Below, in pieces: positions 41,137-50,438 of a DNA stretch of 64,000 nt. Location: the NCBI GenBank assembly GCA_010093705.1, contig MU006106.1, positions 213,086-277,085 of the forward strand. The letters run 5' to 3'. The notes beneath the pieces are model-generated. The model was not told the DNA's origin, did not search any database, and saw nothing but the letters and a program-made list of their open reading frames with translations. The stretch comes from Patellaria atrata CBS 101060. Its lineage: Eukaryota. A program made the translations under genes and the position numbers. The first letter of the stretch is position 1, and every line of letters starts with the position of its first letter.

Positions 41137-43289
41137 ATGGGAGGACATGCAGACAACGGGCCAGGCTCAGAGCCACTCAGCGTTCCCCAGATAGTGAAAA
41201 AGGCCTCCGCTTTTGACTACAATGATACCGTCCGTCTCCGTTATTGGCTTAGGACTGCAGACACCCTGCTGAAAGAGGTACGGACTATGCTATAATACCC
41301 CTTAACAGACATTTATTCAACACCATACTCACATACCTTTGCAGGCTGACATCTACGAACGGGAAGGCAATGATCAACAGACCTACTTCCTTCTGTTCCG
41401 TCATGCAATCCTTGTCTTCGAGAAGCTCAACTCCCATCCCGATTCCAAGCAGCCGGAAACGAAAGATGCCCTCAACGAGGCCAATAAAGCTGTCAGCAGG
41501 AACCTGGCCAAGTTGGAGGCCTTGAAACCGAGGATCACAAAACGTTATAACCAGTTCCAGGAGCTTGCAGAGAAGCACAAGGCACAGCGGGAAGACCTCG
41601 AGAGGTCGCGGAAGACGTCGAGGATTGGAGCTTCGCTGGCGCAAGGCTTCGAGTCTCTGTCTCTCCTATCTCGCAACGGGTCAGATCCAGCACTGTACGC
41701 CAAGAGGACTTTGGAACCCGGGCAAAATGATAACCTTGCCGTCAAACTAGCTCAAAAGGAGATCAGAAGAAGAGATGCCACTCGAAAGGGGCTTCCAGAT
41801 AGTAGTTGGTTTCGTGGAGGACTTTCACGTCGTAACACAGGCGAATCGGATGTTGATGACTTGTCACAAAGCATCGTAGAGGCGCGTCGACGAAACGATG
41901 AAACGTTCAGCAATCGCAGCAGCTCCGAGTCTTCCGGGAAGCTGGCTATTAAAACTGCACCGTACCGTTACCCCAACGTCCCGAAGAAGAGTACGTTGTT
42001 GGAATCATGGGGAGAGGCCATCACAAAACCATTGGCATCCAATTGGGCGATGCAGTCTCCAACCCGAGATTCTATGCGTTCTGCAGAGGTCCCTCCACAA
42101 CGTCCTCCCAAATTGGGAACGGATCGGCAGGTCCCACCCCCGCGTCCAGCTAAAGAGTTCGAGATACAAGAGCTAGACTCTTCACCTGCCTTACCCCCCC
42201 GTCCCAGTAAAGTCGCTTCTCTTTCGAGTTTCTCCCTCTCGGACTCCTCAGAGCAACTATCCCCTATATCACGTGAATCAACTTCCACGCCACCTATCCA
42301 GGAGATCAATTCGAGTGATTACGCTTTTAAACCCTCAGCCTACCTTGAGAATGGAACTCCGCTGCGCACGATCTTCCTGCCACCTACTTTAAGGACCACA
42401 TTCCTTGCCGTGGCCGCGCCCAACACCCGCATGAATCTAGAGACATGCGGCATCCTATGCGGTACGCTGATCTCTAACGCTCTATTCGTCTCAAAGCTAG
42501 TCATTCCCAAGCAAAAGAGTACTTCAGATACCTGCGAGACCACTGATGAAGAAGAATTGTTCGGCTACTGCGATGAGCACGATCTGATGGTCCTAGGATG
42601 GATACATACCCATCCCACGCAGTCGTGTTTTATGAGTAGCCGTGATCTGCATACCCACTGTGGGTATCAGGTTATGATGCCTGAGAGTATAGCGATTGTG
42701 TGTGCCCCTGCGAGGAACCCTGCGTAAGTGAACACTTTTTTCAACCTGACGTCAAACTGTATTTTCTTTTATTTTTCTTTTATTTTTTTTATTTAGAACG
42801 TCCTACTCAACGTTGCAAATACTTCATACTCTGCAGAAACTTCATAATCCGCAAAATCTTCATACATTCCTAAACGTCATACTTTCCTCAAACGTCATAC
42901 TTTCCAAAAACAGGGAACGTTCCTAAAATAGCGAACTTGCCCAACATTTGCACTTACCTAATATCAAGCTTTCCATAACCGGAATCTGGCTTTACAATAT
43001 GGTATCCTTGTCAAGGACCTATTGAGCTTGTTTATGCCTATTCAAATGTTATAATTCTAATCTATCCCTTTGTCTTCCCGACTCTACAGGAAGGGGATAT
43101 AACTAACGGAGTGCTAGATGGGGTGTTTTCCGTCTCACCGACCCACCCGGAATGAAAACCGTCCTGAACTGCAGACAAACAGGCCTATTCCATCCGCATG
43201 GCGAGTCAAACATCTACACCGACGCAACACGTCCCGGTCACGTCTGCGAGCTCAAAGGTCTAGAGTTCGAGGTTGTAGACCTCAGGTAA
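41137..43289 (+). CDS. sst2: AMSH/STAMBP-like JAMM deubiquitinase, about 563 aa
   Basis: Exons 41137-41277, 41345-42723, 43118-43289. MIT/USP8-dimer-like N-terminus; motifs NLETCGILCG, JAMM GWIHTHPTQSCFMSSRDLHTH, and WGVFRLTDPPG..C..GLFHPH. Confidence 0.95.
42796..42907. repeat. Degenerate 17-18-bp minisatellite inside AMSH intron 2
   Basis: Units such as aaacttcataatccgca, aaatcttcatacattcct, aaacgtcatactttcctc, aaacgtcatactttccaa. Confidence 0.8.
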
Positions 43290-44614
43290 ACAGTCAGAAC
43301 AGTCTACGAACCACGGTATTATGGGCCTGACTGTTGAGTCGTCGTTTGGAAGGCTCCAGTTCAAATTGTGATGGTTCTTTTTATGGTGTCTTTGTCCTGT
43401 TTATACTATATAAAACTGATGATATCCGATCAAAATATAAATTAGATTAACTTTGAAAAAGAAAAATTTGTTTCACAATTGTCTTTTGCGTTTTTGTTTG
43501 TTGCTGGTGTTAGGCTCATAGTCCAGTCGCGTACCCCTTCGCCTATTACTATTCCTTCGAGGAAGAAACTGAGGACGGGACAGGTTACTAGCTTATGTGT
43601 CGCCGTACCACTGTAATGTACTCCCGTATTTTGCCTGAATCCTCCACACTCCTGCATTCTCCAGTGCAGAATGCGGTACCTCACTCGTCCCATCCACGCC
43701 ATCACGCGATCGCCACAGCCCAATTGTCAGATCACGAACAACCCGTTTATAGTGTACAGTGCGACACGGTAGAAACTCCCACGCTCGACACTATGAGAGT
43801 AGAGTAGCTTTGTGCTTGTGAATGGAGGGAGTGCACATTGGGTTGGCGAATCGGATTGGGCCTAGCACGCTACGATCTAGTGAAGCGTACAGCGTGGGAT
43901 TGTGCTGTATCTCTTCCTCACTATCTGCGATCTTCACTCGTCAGTCCTCGGTCTTCTCTCCCCAGTCATTCTACGTCCATACATACGCTGCAGCGCCGCT
44001 ATCCTCATTGTTCTTCACAAACAAAAAGGGGCGACGTGGTATATCCCCACACCTGGTTCTATCCCATCCATACCTCCCCCCCTCCCCCCTTCTCGTATCC
44101 AGTGCTCGGCTCACGTTCGTACAGAAAGTGTTTACGCAGTTCAGTACTACCATGCTCGAAATACATGGGGGGTCCAGTGATACTAGATAACGCTATTTGG
44201 GCCACGGCCGTCATTCTAGTATCACAAACTCCTGTGCTTAGGAGTGCGAAACTGATACTACAGGTCTCTCTCCAGACTGTCTTAGATTATGAGTCTCGAT
44301 AACGCGTTTGCTCTGTATGAGTGCAATGTGGTATAAACCGCGTGTTCCTGATCACCGCATACAACACGAGCTCAAAATCAAGTCACAGGTGTCTCGTACG
44401 CCATTTTATTAGAGAAGTACCGACTATACTTGTGCGCTAAGAAACATGTCCCCCCTCCAGCTTCCAAAGTAAGAAGGGAACAGGAACCCCATCCACTCCC
44501 TACAATCGACCATAAACTACCCGACAAAGAAGCTAACACCACATACTTTTTCATCTTCAAAAGTGCGGGAACACGGTCAAAAGGTGAAGTCGACTTTCAA
44601 CTTCAACCTCGTGC

Positions 44615-46008
44615 TTAGTACGGGTTGGTGTCGTGTCCACCTGTGAGATCAGGGACACAGATTGAGAGAAGATCTAGACATTCCGTCAGTAACGAGTCTT
44701 CGCTTGCTCATTAAACTGTACTTACCGGTCAACTTCTTGCAGACGCTTCCGGACTTGCAGGTGGTGCAACCCTTCCATAAGATACCGCCGCACTGGAGGA
44801 GAGGGGGAACGACACAGTCAGTCTCCGTAGGATATCCGCCTTGAGTGGTTGTCTTCGTGACGAATGTGGTGTGTGTATAAGGCTTAGTAGAAGTCTCAAC
44901 TGGCTTGGTGGAAGTCTCAACTGGCTTGGTGGAAGTCTCAACCGGCTTTGTGGAAGTTTCAACTGGCTTGGTGGAAGTCTCAANNNNNNNNNNNNNNNNN
45001 NNNNNNNNNNNNNNNNNNNNNNNNNNNNNNNNNNNNNNNNNNNNNNNNNNNNNNNNNNNNNNNNNNNNNNNNNNNNNNNNNNNTCAACTGGCTTGGTGGA
45101 AGTCTCAACTGGCTTGGTGGAAGTCTCAACCGGCTTTGTGGAAGTTTCAACTGGCTTGGTGGAAGTCTCAATTGGCTTTGTGGAAGTCTCAATTGGCTTT
45201 GTGGAAGTCTCAACTGGCTTTGTGGAAGTCTCAACTGGCTTTGTGGAAGTCTCAACTGGCTTTGTGGAAGTCTCAACCGGCTTTGTGGAAGTCTCAACCG
45301 GCTTTGTTGAAGTCTCAACTGGCTTGGTTGAAGTCTCAACTGGCTTGGTGCTCGTTGGCTTGGTGCTCGTTGGCTTGGTGCTCGTTGGCTTGGTGCTCGT
45401 TGGCTTGGTGCTCGTTGGCTTGGTGCTTGTGCTCTTCGTTGTAACGGTTGATTTGGTAGTTGTGGTTTTGACTGTAGCGGTAGATTTGCTCGAGGTGCTC
45501 TTGGTGGTAGCCGTTGTTTTTTTCGTCGACGTGCTCTTCGTCGGGATCGAGATTGTCGGGATCGAAATGGTCGGGATCGAAATGGTCGGGATCGAAATGG
45601 TCGGGATCGAAATGGTCGGGATCGAAATGGTCGGAATCGATATCGTTGGGATTGAAACTATGGTATCATGTTAATGCTGATTGATAAAACTGCGAGAGGG
45701 TCCAAAGGAGAATGAGGTCTGTGTGAAATAGGGGTGCTAAGAGGGATTCTTACTCGAGGGATATCCCTTTGTGGTAGTTTCGATCACCTTTGTACTTGTC
45801 GTACCAGCCTTTGTCGAGGTATCTGGCGCATCATAGGTCTTGGTGCTCGTACTGGCAACCTTACTTGAGGTTGTTCCATATGGATCACCAGCCACGCCCG
45901 CCTAAGCGCAAAGTTAGATATGATATGAGTGAATATACAACTTGAACTGACCAAAAGGGGTGTTGGGAGCACTAAGGCGACTGTTGCGAGAATGGATGTG
46001 GACCTCAT
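44615..46008 (-). CDS. Secreted Ser/Thr/Lys/Pro-rich tandem-repeat protein with C-terminal CBM1-like module; spans an assembly gap
   Basis: Exons 46008-45952, 45901-45754, 45657-44726 (contains N gap), 44673-44615, splice phases consistent. Signal peptide MRSTSILATVALVLPTPLLAGVAG; repeats ISIPT, TSTKP, VETSTKP; C-terminus CVVPPLLQCGGILWKGCTTCKSGSVCKKLTDLLSICVPDLTGGHDTNPY*. Confidence 0.85.
44880..45657. repeat. Three adjacent coding tandem arrays: 21-bp (V/IETSTKP), 15-bp (TSTKP, about 6 copies) and 15-bp (ISIPT, about 8 copies)
   Basis: tggaagtctcaactggcttgg units at about 44880-45345, tggcttggtgctcgt at about 45341-45430, gtcgggatcgaaatg at about 45540-45657. Confidence 0.95.
44984..45083. 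other. Assembly gap (100 N) inside the 21-bp array
   Basis: Exactly 100 N, probably a placeholder of unknown true length. Confidence 0.99.
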
Positions 46009-48984
46009 CTTGACTCTGGAGCTGATCTCTTTGAAGGAGTGGATGAATCGAACGTATGATGATCTGGTAGGACTACTGCTCTTTTATATTCATATCGGTC
46101 CATACAAACATTTCCAAGAAAGCGTTTCCATGGCCCGGAATACCGTTCCAATGCTAGAAGACGGAGATCGATATTGACCGACATGTTGGTGATCGATCAG
46201 GGGTCTGCACCATTCTTCTGTTCACCCCTGATTGATCAGAATGCTCTGCATATCCGGTGAAGCAATCGATATCTCTCATGCACTGGGTGCTCTGTTTGTA
46301 TCCAATTAGCCCGGGAGCTTTCAGAAGTTCACTATATCCCCGTTGGCTCGATCTCAATTTAGCATCTCAAGAGTTTCAACGTTTTTGCTGAGCATGCCAG
46401 GTTCTCTAGCTCAGAGTAAACTTCCGGACGCTTAACGTAAACCGTCCTCTGCAGACGTTTTTCGTCTCGGGGAGAACACTTCTCGATTGGATACGCGGCC
46501 CGTGAAGAGTGAAGCTGAACCGGAAGAATAAGGTACACAACAGATTCCACTAGGAGTTAGTGACCCCGAAGAGTTACATGCTTTAACGAAAATGTAGTTC
46601 TAAAGAAAGGGTAATGTAGTACTGCAGGCCTATCATATTGAATCGACACGTGAGAGATCCAAGTTTTGGAGGTTACAAGAAGACGCGTGCTATCAAGATG
46701 CACAGTAAATGAAAGAATTCTGGATATATACGCATGGACCCAATTCATAGATATTAGCCACACATCGCCCCACAGATACAATACATCTGTACCTTTCAAT
46801 CGGTGCAAATAACTGAACGCCTGGTAAGCGGCGCCACAGAAGATGGAGAGAAAACACAACATATAGGCAAGGAAAATAGGAGAGCGCTGTTATGAATCGG
46901 TCAGTGTGTTCCGTGAGCACATAGGCGAAAAGTAATTTAGATTGCATGCAGATATTTGAAGAGACTGCGAAAATACGACCTGAAGACTGGGGGATTTGCA
47001 ACCGGGTAGATGGTCTTTTGGGGTAATGATCGACAGGTCATCATCCAAACCATCGGGTTTGACAGTATTGACTTACAGAAATTTGAAGAGAGCGAAGGAG
47101 AAGCACGATGGTCCCTTGCTCTCCGCCGTCTGGTATGCATATTCTCAGGCTCTCGCCAACCCCGGTACGCGCCCGGTAGAAGTGGATTACGAGTCTCTCG
47201 CTTCCGAATACCGATGAAAGGCATGTGGACAATCAATGCGGACCCGTCTATTGCGATCGAGCACTCAAGGACGGCTCGGATGTAGACGAATGTACATTGT
47301 ACATTGTAGCCTTGAAGATGTGAAGTATGACAAGCAGAGCTAAAGAGGTGAGGTTAGAAGTAAGAGTGGTCCGAGCGTTTTCCCTGAAGATCCTGTCTTT
47401 GGTGCTCTGGTCTCCGTGTTTTGTTTGACGAATCTGCAAGCCAACTCATCTTTGTTGTGGATGGATGGACACCTGCAGAGTAGTAGAACGCTGTAAGCTA
47501 TACATCTTGTAACACTTTTCCTTCATCAAAACAGTCATTCGCTATTATAGATTATCTTTCTGCTGCTTACTGCTGTGATACAGTAAGACGGGAACGAGCA
47601 AAAGGCACCACGTGCAGTCATACAATCTTTAATTCCATCTAGCCTTCCCCAGATTGGGCGTTAGGACCTTAGGATAGGATCACCAAAGGCTTGCACTTTC
47701 GATGTTGTGCACTTGTGGTTACATCCCGGTGGCGTCCAAGGTCCAAGGTATAGGAACGCGCAAGTTCCTGCCACCCGCAATTAGCCTGACCTGTAGATGC
47801 ATATACGAACTCCAGAAGTTCCGTCACCTTCGATATCCATCCTGGAGCCGCGGCTAGCTTAACAGTATGCGTGCACTATTGTCGTGGCATCCGTATTCAG
47901 ACCTAGTGATCGACAGAATGCAAGACTAGTCAGGAACTCAGGTTTTGCTCGCAGAGGCTCAGATTCCAAATCCAGTAATTAGGCCCTGGGCTCTAGTCTT
48001 GGGAATGCTTCAGTTACTCTTACCGTTCTACGTGGAGTTGCTGTCTTAGATTGTGCTTTGACACTCTGACTTACTGGCTAAAACTAATCCCTTCACGATA
48101 CTGCCGAATTCTTAGAGTTTGAAGGATAAAACGCGGAGACAAAGAGATACGAATTGCGAGTCTATGTAAGTCAACGCTCGCAGACGTCATTGCAACTCCG
48201 TGCAGATTTCAAACTATCGATTCAAAGCTTGAGCGTCCGTAGTCTATGTTTTAACCCAATATGTCCTATCACGGCATCGTGTTTGTTGCTATCAGGAGTC
48301 GTACGGACTACTCCAACATCACCTTGAAGGGGATTTTTTTTTCTTTTTGGCTCAATTCTCATAGCTCCACAATCATAGCTCCGCGACGTGTTTGAGTCTC
48401 ATCAGACCTTTTCCAGAGAATAGTCAACTTTTCGCGGGACCATCCAGTTTGCATGGTACCACAAGAGGTTTTTCTTTATGCTTGTCATACGCAATGGTTT
48501 CGAACCGGACTACCTTTATGGGACCTTACGAGCAGTTACTCTAATCCGTGGACGCTTCTGTGTGGTGCCTGATATGCCTCATCGAGAGTAGTAGTGGACC
48601 TCTGCCACATCACTGCAATTGTGGTCATCAACATCTTGTAACCTTGAGACCTACTACTTGCTCTTTCACCAACAAAGGCAAAGAAGCACCATTGTTACCA
48701 TCGACTAGACAAAGATGACAAAGCAATTGCCTTTCCCAACAATGGGATTTGTTCTGCTCTCACAACAAAGAAAATTCATGTTGGATCCCTTGAACTCCGT
48801 TCCGTTAAATACTTTGGATGGAAATATCCATAACTGTACCCCCATATCCACATATCTCGCACTTGGAATGTATAGGAATTACTGACGACCATTCGACCCA
48901 TAGCAGGACTCTGTCTTGATCCTAACCATCGAAAAAACCAGCACTCAAGGATAATATCCTAGACATACACTAACTGGCTTCAGA

Positions 48985-49545
48985 ATGTTTCATTTAGAAT
49001 TCGAATACCATCATCCGCCTTCCTCCCCTCTACCCGGAGATATCATAATCTACGCTCCATCCGACGAGGAAGTTACAGAGATAAAGTCGCTGGCTTGCTC
49101 GTCAGACGAGGCCGAGGACTTCGACTTCCAGAAATGGGACCTGGCTTGGGATCAATGGGAACCTAAAATGTTTGACGAGGAGCGTACCAATATCGCCGGA
49201 TGCAATTCTTCACAGGATTACACTTTACCCTCAAGTGAGCAAGGTGAGACCTCGCTAACTTTGACACCTTCGGACGACTTACGCACACTACCTTCAGTCA
49301 GTTGGGTTCTGAGCTTCCTCTCACCTTCCGTTGACACATTGGATAGCTCAGTCCACTATCACTTGAAAGTGAGGGACACTCATGAAGAACAAGAACTAGG
49401 TGACCTGTCTGATGATGAAGATTTTTGCTTCTTCAATGATCCAGTAGATTATCTTGATAAGACGTTAGTAGCAGAGATGAAGGTGGAGAAGAGCCTAGGC
49501 ACCGGTAATTTAGGAAGCCACAAAAGAGCAGGTAGGTGCAAATAG
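48985..49545 (+). CDS. Hypothetical acidic protein (186-aa ORF; may be the last exon of a spliced gene)
   Basis: Long ORF rich in D/E/S, immediately preceded by CACTAAC..CAG (branch/acceptor-like). No domain recognised. Confidence 0.4.
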   Translation: MFHLEFEYHHPPSSPLPGDIIIYAPSDEEVTEIKSLACSSDEAEDFDFQKWDLAWDQWEPKMFDEERTNIAGCNSSQDYTLPSSEQGETSLTLTPSDDLRTLPSVSWVLSFLSPSVDTLDSSVHYHLKVRDTHEEQELGDLSDDEDFCFFNDPVDYLDKTLVAEMKVEKSLGTGNLGSHKRAGRCK

Positions 49546-50438
49546 TGTTCTAAATAGAGTCATCCGAGGAGAAGGTAAGCTTAGCCAAGATAAATGTAAA
49601 ATAGGGAAATTCAGACCCAAGTACATACAAGACTTGAATGTAACGTGTACTTGAAGGGTACGCTCGCTACCAGTTAATTAGAAGGACTCTAATATAAGAG
49701 ACTCGCCATGTCTAGAACAAATATATTAGTCCTACTAAACCCTAATCAAACATCCCTCACCTTACTTTCCTAAATCACCTCTGACTGAGTGTACGCTCGC
49801 ACTGGGGAACTTTTCCCCTCGGCCGTACGGACAAACGGTATTTCATAAGAAACTTGATTCGCTGGTAAACCATTGTCTGTACAGCAAGGGTACAGTTCGG
49901 CATATATACCTAGTAGGACAAAGAAATATGTAACAACGCCCTCGTCCTTACAATAATATTATCGACATTGACCACGCAAGGAGCACCACTCTATGTCCCT
50001 TGCGTCCCTGAACTATTTGATATTTCTCTTCTCACCATAGCCAACTCAGCCTCGGCAACCGCGCACGAGCGACTAAAGAACTTCCTATCCTTCTCCATCA
50101 CCGTATGCAACAGTAATATTCCACTAGAAACAGTACATCACCTAGTCCATTATGTACAGCACGTATACAAGCCCCCAGTCGTCCTGTCCACTACCATAAA
50201 CGCCAAAAAATCAGACCCCTCCACCGTAGCGTGACTCTTTTTCCTGACTCTGCTCTAGTATCGTTTGCCAGACCTGGTGTACCGTCCAACGTCGACAGCT
50301 AGCATTAAATAAGTGGTACAGAGCACGAGATGAAGCACGGTGAAACGAGACAACGAGGCAGACGGTTGCAAGTCGAACTTGTGCTCGCAACACGTAAAAT
50401 GTAGATTTGCAACAGTTCAAACGCGAACAAACTTCCCC

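Noticed and set aside
44880..45345. Repeat array considered as CRISPR
   Set aside because: Head-to-tail coding repeats with no unique spacers, in a eukaryotic context.
44841..45674. Long + strand ORFs (VEVSTG/LVLVG/IEMVG repeats) and other-frame repeat ORFs
   Set aside because: Antisense or out-of-frame shadows of the - strand repeat gene, which has the signal peptide, splice sites and CBM1-like end.
46900..47300. 91-aa ORF 47010-47285 with a somewhat protein-like start
   Set aside because: No recognisable family and no supported gene structure.
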